This document shows, piece by piece, positions 50,990 to 62,853 of a stretch of 64,000 bases of DNA. Source of the stretch: Camelus ferus (taxonomy: Eukaryota); NCBI RefSeq assembly GCF_009834535.1, contig NC_045697.1, forward strand, positions 13,394,001-13,458,000. Direction: 5' to 3'. Position 1 is the stretch's first letter, and every line of letters starts with the position of its first letter. Below the pieces are notes generated by a model. That model ran no database searches. It had not been told where the DNA came from and saw only the letters and a list, made by a program, of their open reading frames with translations. The position numbers and the translations under genes are program-made.

Positions 50990-52050
50990 AAGCACCCTGA
51001 ACATTTACGTCCATTCTGATGATTCCTTCCTTCCATTATGTAAATATGCTCAAACCTCTCCTCTTAAACACAAAAGGAATTACCTTTTTCAATACGATGT
51101 CTCATTCAGTTACCATTACTCTCTCTAATGCTCTCCTTATCCCTATCTTCTTTTTCACGAACTCCTTAATAAAATTGTATACACTTCAAGTCTCCTACTT
51201 TCCATCAACTAGTCATATTTTAGTTTGCCCCCTGTTCACAGCATAAAAATTTGAATTTATTTTAAAGAATATCAGTAAAAATTACCGTGTTGCAAAATCC
51301 AATAGACACTGCTCAGATGGTGCTGTTTGACCTAAAATACAGAAAGTTTCTTCCATCGCTTGGACAAACCATCACTCTGACTTGGTGTTCCACCTGCCTC
51401 TCAGATAGCTCTCTCCTTCCTGATTATTATTCACCTTTAGTATCTGTGTTTCTCTTATTGTTGTTCTCCATTGGTGCTCTCTTTGGCTCTCTTCTCTCTC
51501 ACTCTTTTTTTTTTTTTTATTATTGAAGTATAGTTGATTTACAATGTTGTGTTAGTTTCTGGTATATGGCATAGTCATTCATAGATAGATAGATAGATAG
51601 TCATTATAGGTTATTACGAGATATTGAATATAGTTCCCTGTGCTATACAGTAGGAACTTGCATACAATGGAATACCACTCAGCCATAAAAAAGAATGAAA
51701 TAATGCCATTTGTAACAACGTGGATGGACCTAGAAATTATCATACTTAAGTGAAGCAAGTCAGACAAATACTGGCTCTCTTCTCTTGATGTTCTTTCTCT
51801 CTGGATCATCCCAGTCACCCCCTGGGCTTCAATTGCAACACATTCCAAGTGATTCCCAAATCAATATTTCACAGCCAAACTGGACCTCAAAGATCCAGTA
51901 GCATGCATAAAGAGGACTTTTAGATACTGTTCAAGAGACCTTCAAATTCAATATTTTCCCAACTTAATTCATCACATTCTTCATGAAACGTCCTCTACCC
52001 CATGATCCCCGTCTCAGTAAAGACAGTCCCTGCGTTCCAAGCCAGACACC
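50990..52050 (+). mobile_element. L2 LINE (RT region) interrupted by an inverted L1
   Basis: ATCCCAGTCACCCCCTGGGCTTCAATTGC…GATTCCCAAATC…CCTTCAAATTCAATATTTTCCCAACTTAATTCATCA. Confidence 0.65.
51498..51771 (-). mobile_element. 5'-inverted (twin-primed) artiodactyl-type LINE-1
   Basis: Antisense 3' end at 51498-51660 is fused to a sense segment at 51661-51771. An identical 14-bp TSD TGGCTCTCTTCTCT sits at 51484-51497 and 51772-51785. Confidence 0.93.
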
Positions 52051-53319
52051 AGCATCCGTGAGGTGATTAAACTCGTAGAACTGTTCTGAGAATTAAACAA
52101 CATGTAACAATTACCTAACACACTGCTTGGCCCAAACTGCTCAACAAAAGAGTAGGCATAAAAATATATTCTAAAGGAATGAAAAGAATCAAATCCATTT
52201 TAATACTTGGTGACATACATAACACATACACATATAACTTGCAAACCAGGTCAATAGGTTCAAGACCACATTAACTCACTTAGTCTTTCATTAAAAAAAT
52301 TAAAATAAAAATAAAACATTCCGTTTTCTCAGTAAAAAAACTTCCTACTTCTTAACAGAGGCTGTGGGAGTGCCTGAAACACCCTGCTTTCCTCCGAGTG
52401 GTATGTCAAGCATTACCTTCTCCTGGAAACCCTGTGCATTGATGACTTCCTCCCGAGGGCTCCCCCAGATGCCTGTACTTTCCTCCTAAAAACATTTATC
52501 ACCTTGTATTGCTGTTATTTGTTTATGAGCCTGTCTCCCTTATAGACTTTGAACTTTCTTGAGTTTGAGAGCTCTGTCCTCACCGCCGCTAAGTCTGATA
52601 TGATGCAAACTCTCTGTGAAACACACACTTTTTTAGATCAACTATAAACTCCTCTCTCCCCTAATTGCAAACTCGTGAGCTGTGAGGCATCCCCAGAAAA
52701 GCAAAAGAACTGTAACACCCAATGAGTTGTCTCCCTTGTAATTCACAGCCCTGTGGTAAGGCAACATTTTTTTTCAACTTACTCTCTCTTGTAAAAATAA
52801 ATACATGAAAATTGTGGTGCATTTAAAAATTGGGTCTTCATATTGAATATCTGCAAACTTGTATCAGGAATAAGCCTCACCATCAACTGAAGCTGAGAAA
52901 GTTCGTTGTGAAGCACATTTGCTTATCTCAGCTGTCTTTGATTTACTTTGTAGCTTGATTCCCTTGTGGAATCATCTGATTTGAGGTCACTTCATGGCTA
53001 ATGCTGTAAGATGCTGATTGCTTGAATTAAAGTCTCTTTTGCTCCCCAAGCCATTCCTAGGCAATCACTAACCAAAAACAAAACAATGTCAGCTTTCCAA
53101 GATTTAAAGCACTCTGTGCAGTGTTCCCAGGTAGGCTAAATAAGAAATGACTTAGTGGCAGTAGGAAGGTGCCTAACCCCAGTGAGCTTCCAGGAAGTGT
53201 GTTTTCTAGGTCTTGGTTAAGATTTTTGAAACTCTTTTATAACATTATCACAATATGAGACTCAAGGGATGCAACCTCCCTTATGTTTCAATGACCACCA
53301 ATGTCTTCATGAAAATATA

Positions 53320-53839
53320 TGTATTATTTTGCTAGAGGTGCCACTTAAAAGAAAAAAAAGCCATAAACTTAATGTCTTAAAGACAATGCAAACATAGTTT
53401 TGGAGGTCAAAAGTCCATCAAGGATGTCACTGGGCTAACACCCAAGATGTCAGAAGGGCTGAATAGGGATTGCAAGAGGCTCTAGGAAAGAATGCATTTT
53501 CTTACCTTTTCCAGCTTCTAGAGGCTGTCCACTTTCCTTGGTTTATGATCCCTTCCTTCATTTTCAAAGCCAGCAACACTGAGCTGAGTCTTTCTCATAC
53601 TTCTGTCTTCTGGTTCTCTCGTCTTTTGCTTTCTCGCCTCTTTCCCCTTATAAAGACTCTTGTGATTATTACCCTGGGCTCACTTATGTAATCCAGGATA
53701 CTCTCCCTATATCAACATCAGCTGATTAGCCACCTTAATTCCTTCTGCAGTGCCTTCTGTGTTCCCCTTGGCTACTTAACCTTACAGGATCTAGGGATTA
53801 GGACGCAGATATCTTTGGGGAGGTATTCTGTCTACCACA
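53320..53839 (-). mobile_element. MaLR LTR (MLT1D-like)
   Basis: TGTATTATTTTGCTAG…TATTCTGTCTACCACA, with TSD ATATA/ATATG. Confidence 0.88.
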
Positions 53840-53862
53840 ATATGGAGGAAACATCTCGGTTG

Positions 53863-54063
53863 AAAGTTGACAGGTAACATGCAGGATGCACCAATGAATT
53901 TAAATTTCAGATAAACAATTTTTTAGTATAAGTGTGTTCTATGCATTATTAGTATATATTAAATATTAAATGGGATATACTTATATTTAAAACATTAATT
54001 ATTTAAGTGAAATTCAAATTTAGCTGGGTGTCTTGTATTTTATTTGTTAAATCTACAACTCTA
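53863..54063. mobile_element. MER53 palindromic MITE
   Basis: The arm AATTTAAATTTCAGATAAAC…TTTTAGTATAAGTGTGTTC is mirrored by GGGATATACTTATATTTAAA…TGAAATTCAAATTT. Confidence 0.85.
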
Positions 54064-55664
54064 CCAGGAACAGGAGTAATTACTGCTGGTTTCTGATCAA
54101 GACACAAAATCACCGTAAGACCTAAGTTAGTTACTTCCATGTTGTATTTAAAAGTGAAATTTAAGACTCCAACCTTATAAGAATTATTAAGTAAAATGTA
54201 AAATATCTTTTTGATAGAATAATATGTGTCAATTAAAATATTATTTTATGAATTCTCTAATTTGACAGAGAAAATTCATGTGATTTAATGTCATGATGAA
54301 GCATGATCCAAGATGGTATACAAAGTATAATGACAACAACACAAACAAAATTGTTTAAACAAAATTGGAAGATACTGTATGCAAATATTCCAAAATATCA
54401 AGAGAGGATTCTCTTTTTTGGTAGGAATAGAGAGAACTGTTTTAAATTTTCTTAGTGTTTTTTTCTCCTTTCTTATTTTCTTTTATCTATTGCTTGTATT
54501 TAACACAGATATAAAATATGCAATATGAACAGATAATGGTAATGTTTGTCCTCCTCAAAGAAATATTATTTTGATGATAGAGCTAGTTAGGCTGTGTTGG
54601 AACAGTAGGGGGATAATTAGCATATATGAAATTTATTCACCATTTATGAATAGAAAAAATTACATGTTGTGTATCATGATCATTTTGCAATTTTTTTCAC
54701 ATCCCATTCTGTCCAAAAGTAAACAGGCAAAATCTAGAGTCTATTCTTTTAAATTAAATTTATTTAAATGCCTATTGGTGTAATGACACTTGAGAAAACA
54801 CATCATATTGGGGACATTTAAATCTGTGATACAATCGTGCCAATAACAGCATCAGGAATCACTGTCACCCGACTTCAGTGCCTTTGCTAATTAGCAGCAT
54901 TTGTGAGAACCTGGTCATTTCCATCAACTTGCTCTTTTGATTAATGTCTTGAAGGTAAAGCCAGCTGTTAATTATGTTAACAACCTATTCCTTGGGAATC
55001 ATCATAATCCATTTTAATGGACTGACAGTTATTATTAATCAAATCCAGAGACCTAAAGAACTGTTACAAATTTGAAAATTCAGCTTTACTGAACATCACA
55101 GGATAAGATACGTATGAAAGCAAAGAATGATAGAAGAATTACCCTCATTTGTTTTTATTAAGAAAGTACTTTTTTTTTTCCTAATTGTGTGAGTAGTCCT
55201 TTGATTGTACTATTCAGTTAACCTCTTTCCATGATGAAAAACAGCCAGCTAGAGAGTGGAAAAAGTAATTCAGAATCAGTTGTTTGGCATGTTGCAGGCA
55301 AGAAAAATGATGTTAGACAGAATGCAGCAAGAATCATAAAAGCAAACAAAACCTGACATCATGGGCATAAATTCAGCAGAAAGGTCACTGAAAGATGGAA
55401 GGGGCTAGAAAAGAGGACCAAAAAGAACTTTGTGTTTTCCCTCCTGCACTCACCCTCTCGTTTACTACTGCCAGTCATTTGTTAAGTGGGACAAACGGCA
55501 TTTGAACTATTGATGCCATAGACAATGTCACACACATGAATTCCTAGTCCTGAAGCCACAGGTTTTAATGTTGATAAATACTTGGTACATTTGTAAAAGA
55601 CTCGAGTGAAAGAATGTTAGTTAATACATTCCATTTTGCATTGACAGTTAGATCTATGCCAATG

Positions 55665-56240
55665 GCATTCATTTAGTTGTTCATTCATTTATCCAATTAT
55701 CTAGCTCCCACTGTGTGAACGGCTCTGTTTTAAGTGCTGCAGATACACAGGTGGGTGAGAAAGATAATGCCTTGCCCTCAAAGAGCTTACGGTGTGTTGA
55801 AAGGGGTAACATAAGTAAGTAATTGTCATTCAAGTAATTCTAGTTTGGTCTTAAGGATTGTGGAGAAAATTAAAAAGGGCAATGTGAGAGAGAGACTTGG
55901 GGGTGGACAAGAAGGGAGTGTTCATTAGATGAGATAAATCAAGGGATGAGTCCCTGAGGATGTGACTTTCCCACACATACCTAGATGACTGGAAGAAATC
56001 GTCCAGGCAAAGATCTGGGGGAGCAACATTCTGGGCAGCTGGTGCCAGCCCAAAGTCTCTAAGGTGGAAAGGGGCTTCAGGAGTTTGAGGGACGAAGAGA
56101 GACCAGTGGGCTGGGAGCGCAGTGAACACTGAGGTAGAGAGTGATCTCAGAGGGCCTCCATGGCCATAGGAAGGGTTTGTTCAAGTTGTACTGGAAAGCA
56201 GTTGGCAGAGTGTTTAGCAAATCAGTAACATGATCTGAAA
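55665..56240 (-). mobile_element. L2 LINE 3' portion
   Basis: CATTCATTTATCC…CCTTGCCCTCAAAGAGCTTAC…GGAGTTTGAGGGACGAAGAGAGACCAGTGGGCTGG…CAGTAACATGATCTGA. Confidence 0.85.
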
Positions 56241-56754
56241 TCAGCACATTCCTAAGAGCAAAGATTTTCTAGCTGAGACAATGGATGGCATAAACACTGG
56301 CGTTGTTCCTAAAATCAAATCACATGTTTTCCTCTTCTTTTTTAACAAAACACATTTAATATTCAACAACAACAAAAAAGAGTTTGGCTTTGATTTGATA
56401 GGCATTAATTTACCTAATATTCTTTCTTCTCTGAAACTGACTGTTTCAAAATTCCTCCTCAATTACAAACGCCCAGTCATAATAGTCATCTATCCTAACT
56501 AGCTTGTCTCTGAAGCAAGAAGGAAGCCCTCTGGCTGTATCCTCAGGGCCCTGAGCTCAGGCAGTGGGCTGGGAGATGGGCAGAGGCACCTCCAGATGTT
56601 GGGAGGAACTGTGCCCACCGCAGGCTTATTCTCCATCGCCCACTGCTTCCTTGATGTACTTGGTCCCAGCCTTACTCTCTGTCCTTATATCACTTGCTTA
56701 CCACTCAAAGGCATTTGATAAGAATCTTTCTGCCTGTTAAAAAAGTGTCTCATT

Positions 56755-56938
56755 GATAGATAAACAATAAGTTTATGCTGTGTAGCACAGGAAACTATAT
56801 TAAGTATCTTGTAGTAACTTAAGGTGAAAATGAATATATGCATGTTCCTATATGACTGAAGCATTGTGCTGTACACCAGAATTGACACAACACTGTAAGC
56901 TGACTATACTTCAATAAAAATATATTTAAAAAAAAAAA
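56755..56938 (+). mobile_element. Artiodactyl/camelid-type LINE-1 3' end
   Basis: TGTAGCACAGGAAACTATATTAAGTATCTTGTAG…TGCTGTACACCAGAATTGACACAACACTGTAAGCTGACTATACTTCAATAAAAA and an A tail; similar to 16525-16888. Confidence 0.9.
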
Positions 56939-57320
56939 CTTCCATGGGAAGGTTTGGGGGCTACTACCAGAAGTTAAAGAAAAGGATACATTCTCGTCAA
57001 CTCCTTCATTGAATTATGAAGAATCATAAGAAGGACTGGCTCTAGCTACTTGAGCTAATTCCATGCAGGAATATAACCAGAACACAGATACTGGATCTTT
57101 TACATCATGCATTTCCACTACCCCGCAGGGCGATCCTGCTTTATGTCTATGGAAATCCAGGCTCATCCACCTGTCAGCACGTCTTCTAGATACATTGTCC
57201 CTCCCTGTTAATGTGAAAAATAAGTCAAATGGCCACCTTAGCCTATGTCCATCAACCAAGATTTAAAATAGGCAAAAAAAAATGTTATACCTTATGTCAT
57301 TTTCAAGATCTTAGGAAATT

Positions 57321-57472
57321 GGGGGGAAGGTATAGCTCAGTGGTAGAGTGTACACTTGGCATGCATGAGGTCCTGGATTCAATCCCCAGTACCTCCGTTA
57401 GATAAGTAAACCTAATCACCTCCCTCCTATTTTTTTAAAATAAAAACAAAATTTAAAAAAATCCTTTATAAA
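57321..57472 (+). mobile_element. tRNA-derived SINE, Vic-1-like (long form)
   Basis: GGTATAGCTCAGTGGTAGAG…GGTCCTGGATTCAATCCCCAGTACCTCC…TAAACCTAATCACCTCCC. 16-bp TSD AAGATCTTAGGAAATT (57305-57320) / AATATCTTAGAAAATT (57473-57488). Confidence 0.93.
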
Positions 57473-57849
57473 AATATCTTAGAAAATTATCCTATGCAAG
57501 CTTTTCTCTTACACACATGCCCACAAATATAGATATATACACTCAATGCTATATAAAAGTTAGAAATTTTAAAACTTTTATCGGCTTTTCGTAGATCATT
57601 GTTTTATAGGAAAATGAATAAAATGGATAAGAATCTCAGAGAAATGCTAAAAAAAAAAGATGAAACCAATCAGGAAATGATATGATATTATGCTTGATGT
57701 ATAGTTGTTCTTCTTCGCAAGTTAGAACAAAATTAGACTTTGATTGATATTTGAATAACATATAAGTATTGGGTCAGGTTCTCCTTCAGGGCCGCTGGTA
57801 ATGGCTGTGGTATAGATAAGAGCCAGACTGACTTCTTGCTCTTGCAAAA

Positions 57850-58200
57850 CATAATAACTGGGATATGGGAGTCCTGGCTGCTAATTCCAGCCAAATTCCA
57901 GACAGCTGTATGAGCTGGAGGAAGCTGCTGGGTAGTTCTAAGCCCTCAACTATCCCTCTGTAGAATTAGGTGGTTGTTGGGAAAGTTTTCTAATATTTTC
58001 TTTATTTCTGTATTTCTCTGATGTTGCATAAGTGGAAAGAATCACAGATGGTCAAACCAGTCCCCGCCGTGCCACTAGGTAGCTTGGGGACTCTGTGCAC
58101 ATCCTCTTCCCTCTCTGAGCTCCAGCCTTTTTATCTGTATACATCAAACACTAGAACTTGCAATTTCCCTTATAGATTGAAAATTCCATGTAGTGATTAT
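57850..58200 (+). mobile_element. Two MIR/MIR3 fragments
   Basis: CAGCTGTATGAGCTGGAGGAAGC…CCCTCTGTAGAATTAGG and CCCTCTCTGAGCTCCAGCCTTTTATCTGTA. Confidence 0.55.
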
Positions 58201-58967
58201 GAAAAAGACAGTCTTTCTGCATTATGTCATTTTTCCGATGGCAAGGTAACTTTGTGCTGGATCTGTCTTCCTACACCCCTTGTCCATTAAACAATGTTTG
58301 TTTATAGGGTGAGCAGCTGGGGTTTGCATCATGCACTGTAATATGAGAAAATATGTCATAGACAGGATAATATATAGACAATATTAAAGAGATATATGCA
58401 TTTTTTAGGTTTGAAAAAATAGCCCCAAAAGATACTGAACCTCTAATCATCCTGATAATGTGAATAATTAACACCAATTGACAATTGCAGACCACAATGC
58501 TTGAATAGGTCCTAATGCATTTCTAATATACCACTATGTAAGTATAAGAAGATACATGGGTCTTCTCTACTTATAATGATAATAAATGCTTTTGTTACAG
58601 ATTTTGAAACTACAGAAAAATTAAAAATATAACTCATCTCTAATAATATCACCTATAGTCAATCTGTATATTGAGGTACTTCTCATCTGTATTTTTTATT
58701 TGTGTATAATTTGGATTATGATATAAATGTTTGGTATTACTTTTGGTTAAAATGTAATTGTTTTCAGTGTATCAACATGATTTTTAATGTATTTTATTAG
58801 AGATCTTTCTTGGCATTAAAAAATAACCCTTATATATCACTACTTTTTCTATTTTATTTTTGATGATTCTAAATTATTGTCCACTTTTTCTATTTTTTTC
58901 TATTTTTTCCCATATTTTTAATATTTTGTATAATTTTATATTTTAGTGCTGTCATGTTGTATTATAT

Positions 58968-59430
58968 GCAATTCATTCATGTGTCGAACACTGAGTGCTT
59001 TCTAGGTTTTAGCAAAGTATAGTCAGCAATGAATAATCCTTAGTCCCTATCTTCAAAAGATCTAAATTTTAGCTAGGGGAAAAGGCATTCAAAGAATATA
59101 ACATGTATCTCTGTAAAAAGATAATAATAATAAAGACCTAGGAGAACAGAAACTTAAAGTACTTACATCTACCTAGCCATATTTGAGGACAGAACAAAAA
59201 GAAGTAAAGTTAGAACTACATTTGAAATAAGAAGTGGGAATTTATCAGACCAAATATGTGGAAAGAGCATATATACGCAAATACATAAAGAAAAAAAAGA
59301 ACTGTGATCAGGGAAAAATCTAGAATTTTCCAGACCAGTTCAAGCAAGTGTTCAGAGTGAGTGCCTGATAATTAGCTAATAAAATAAACTAGGGCCAACC
59401 AGAAAGTCATATGGGAATGGACTTTGAAAA
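58968..59430 (-). mobile_element. L2 fragment
   Basis: ATTCATTCATGTGTCGAACACTGAGTGCTTTCT…TAGTCCCTATCTTCAAAAGATCT. Confidence 0.65.
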
Positions 59431-59454
59431 AAAATCTCATAAAACTAATGACAA

Positions 59455-59650
59455 AGAGAACATTTACTGAATACTTGTTCTATGCTAAGAACTGTGCTAA
59501 CCACTGAAAATACACTAAGAACCTGACTACTACTGTATTCGGCTTAGAGACGAGAAAACGGAGTCACAGAATAAGTCAGTTGCAGACAGGTAATGGTGAA
59601 GCTGGAGCTTTAACTCAGTGGTACTTGGCTCCGCAACACTGTTCTCTCCA
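59455..59650 (-). mobile_element. MIR SINE
   Basis: ACATTTACTGAATACTTGTTCTATGCTAAGAACTGTGCTAA…TTAGAGACGAGAAAACGGAGTCACAGA. Confidence 0.75.
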
Positions 59651-60255
59651 GCCTCTTAGCCAGAGCTCCGTAACGCCTTCTTGTAGGCCACAGCAGCCTC
59701 TCTGTAGGCATCAAAGAATTGTGAGAGTAAAAGTGAAAAGCCTGTGCTTTACAAAGATCTCTCTACTGGGGAGGAAATATTTGTTTCTTCCTCTGGCAAT
59801 CTCCCTTGCCTCCTATATTATGGCATCCTTGAATTACAATAAAGAGAACTCCTTTGATTTATATTTAGCTAAACTTCTTTCCCAGCACACGTCTAGAGAA
59901 AGTTCCCTGCAATTGTTTAAAGCTTTGTTTTTTGACCACAGGCCAAGAAAAATGCTTTTCTCACCAACTTCGCCTCATTTATCATTTTTGTACTAAGTCC
60001 TCAAGCAAATACACTTATTTCTCCTGTGATAATAACTTATTCATAATAATGACAATATTTATGCAGTGGCTTCACCCTTGAATACCATAGAAGGTTTAAG
60101 CAACGTTGAACAAGTGTTGAATGTCATTATCTCAGGACCAAGCCTTTCCTTGCGTGTCAACCTTGACTAGTAAATAAAGGAGCCACTGGAAAGTCAACCA
60201 GCATTTTGGTGGTGTGGCTTCACTGGTAGATTTGCAAGAAAAGGAGACTCTGTGT

Positions 60256-60321
60256 GGGTTACGGATAGGTTCAGGGTTAAGGCTAGCTTCAGGTTTAGGG
60301 CTAGATGAATTGTTAGGGCTA
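60256..60321 (+). repeat. Degenerate (GGGTTA)n-like hexamer tract
   Basis: Eleven in-register hexamers, all ending in A. Confidence 0.65.
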
Positions 60322-60689
60322 GGTGCTAGATATGTATTTTATTTTTAAAAAGTGTTTTCTTAGTTTTTTTGTGCAACAGTAGGGATTATGAGATAAGGGA
60401 AAAAAAAGAGTGTTGGCAATTCTAAATAGGATTTATACAAACATATACATTGGAAAGCCAGACAGCATGTGTTGTGACCCTTCAAACACTGAGCCCATGT
60501 AACAGATAAAATGATAATAAAGAATTAAAGGCTCAATTTCTTCTCATCAAGAGCTGATAATATGCCTGGGAGAGAAAACAAAAATTATAAAGTGCAAAGG
60601 GATGAATAATAGATTATTTTAACACATGGGACCATAATTCATTTAGTAGGAGGGGTCTCCTTAATCTATATGATTTTAAAAGTGGGATA

Positions 60690-60990
60690 TCTATCTTTCA
60701 AATACAAGGGAAAGATTTTGTAACAATAGAGTGTTTGAGAACTTCTACAAGAGGATAGAGAACTTGAGTTTTGCTTTTGCTTCTGCGGGGAAAAGTCACA
60801 TCCAAAAAGGATAGAGAAATGCAAAAGAGACAATAAAAGACATATGAATATATTAAGAAGAAATAACATATGTAATTGGAATCCCAAAGAATAGGACAGA
60901 AAAAAATGGACCAGAGAATACATTAAGGAATAATGACTAAAAAAATTTACTAACTTTAAAAGACATCATATCATGGCATCAAAAGATCTC
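60690..60990 (+). mobile_element. Old L1 ORF1-region fragment
   Basis: TAACATATGTAATTGGAATCCCAAAGAA…GGAATAATGACTAAAAAAATTTAC…AAAAGACATC. Confidence 0.6.
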
Positions 60991-61714
60991 CATAGGGCTT
61001 CTGATTCCAGATATAATATTAATACATTACACCATATTCATCACAAACCACAACCACAACAACAACAAAAACAGCAAAGAGATTTTCTAAAACAACTGGC
61101 AGAACACTTGGAAAGTTGTCTATAAGTCTCAGGATCTGAGCAACAACACAATGGAACTACGTTCTCTGCAGCTGCAGACACTGTGGGCAGTGCCCAGTCT
61201 TTCTTCACGACCGTGCAGTTAAAAAGAAGTACACATCCCCACCTCCTGAACAACAGAGTTGGGGAAGGAATTGCTGAAAGGGATTTTCAACCTTTATATA
61301 TGAATTCCTGAACAGACCTCTGAGTGTCCCATTCATGAAACTGACAAGAAACAACGCAGCATGAGTTGAGAACTGAACACTGTTCTGAAACACCACCCAG
61401 GATTCGAGTTGGCCTCTGGGAAACACACAAATGGGGCAGATCAAAAATAGCACTGCACAGGCTTTGAAAATAATTGACATTTTAATCACAGTTCACAAAA
61501 ATGGAAAAGGGTATGCATTCTGGACCTAAACAGGTTTACTGCCAGTTAAATAGATGATTTCAACAGGAACCAGGGTCTCATAACATAATATTCATCATGT
61601 AGTGGATAAAATACAAAATTACTCATTGCAGCAAGAACCACTGTAACCTCAGTATCAGGGAGAAAATGCATAGGAAAATGCTAACGCTGAATTATCTAAT
61701 GAGAATTTTAAAAT

Positions 61715-62083
61715 AATATATAGATTGAATGTTTGTGTTACCTCCAAATTCATATGTTGACCCCTAAACTGCTGTGTGATATTTGGAGATGGGGTGTTTG
61801 GGAGCTAACTAGAATTAGATGAGGTCATGAGGGTGGGGCCCTGCTCTGATGGGTTAGTGCCTTTGTAAGATGAGACACTAGAGAGCTTTCTCTCTTTCTC
61901 TCCCTGCCATGAGAGGATACAGCAAGAAGACAGTCACCTGCAAACCCAGAAGAGTTCCCACATGAACCTGATCATACTGGCAGCCTGATCATGGACCTCC
62001 AAAACTCTGAGAAAATATGTTTCTGTTATTTAAGCTACTCAGTTTGCAGTATTTTGTGATGGAAGCCCAAACCAACTAAGACA
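61715..62083 (+). mobile_element. MaLR LTR (MLT1A0-like) nested in the L1
   Basis: GATTGAATGTTTGTGTTACCTCCAAATTCATATGTTGA…GATGAGGTCATGAGGGTGGGGCCC…CAACTAAGACA. Confidence 0.9.
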
Positions 62084-62816
62084 GAGATCTATTAAAAATA
62101 TCCAGCAGGTATTTACAAATCCTTTAAGAAAAAAAATAAACCAACTTAAAACAAGTAAAAATCCTCCATAAAGAAATAGAAGATATAAAGTAGAACCAAA
62201 TGAAAGTTTTGAACTGAGAGATACAGTAACAAAAACCACAGCAATAAAATGTCACTGGATGGGTTCAGTAACAGGATGAAGATGACAGAAGAAAGTATCA
62301 CTGAACTGGAAGACTTATCCAACTGAATCTTCAAATCTGAAAAACAGAGAGAAAGTAGATCAAAAAAAAATTGAACAGAAACTCAAAGACCACAGAGATC
62401 TCAGGCACAATAACAGATCTAACATTCATGGGATCAGAATCCCAGGAGGAAAAAAAAAATCTAAGCCTGAAAAAAAAATGTGATATTGGCATAAAGATCA
62501 ATATATAGAATTATTTGAAGAACATAGTTTCCACGAATAAAACACACATATAAAGTCATGTGAATGCTGTCAAAAGTATCAACATAATTTAATGAAAGCA
62601 GGAAAACCTTTCTAATAAATGGTGCTGGAACTAGGTATCCATATTTAAAAGGAACAGTAATCTAAAACTTTACTGCAAACTATATACAAAAACTAATTTG
62701 AAATGGAACATGGACCTGAGCACAAAATCTAAAACTATAAAATTTCTGAAAGAAAACATCTAAAGAAATCTTTGTGACCATGTGGTAAGCAAGATTTTTT
62801 TTTTTAAGTAGAGATC

Positions 62817-62820
<4 letters not shown>

Positions 62821-62848
<28 letters not shown>
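62821..62848. repeat. (TA)n microsatellite
   Basis: About 14 units inside the L1. Confidence 0.95.

Positions 62849-62853
<5 letters not shown>

Noticed and set aside
54361..54376. AAAATTGGAAGATAC, resembling U6 snRNA
   Set aside because: The match is short and the flanks do not continue as U6. The context looks like an old L1 3'UTR.
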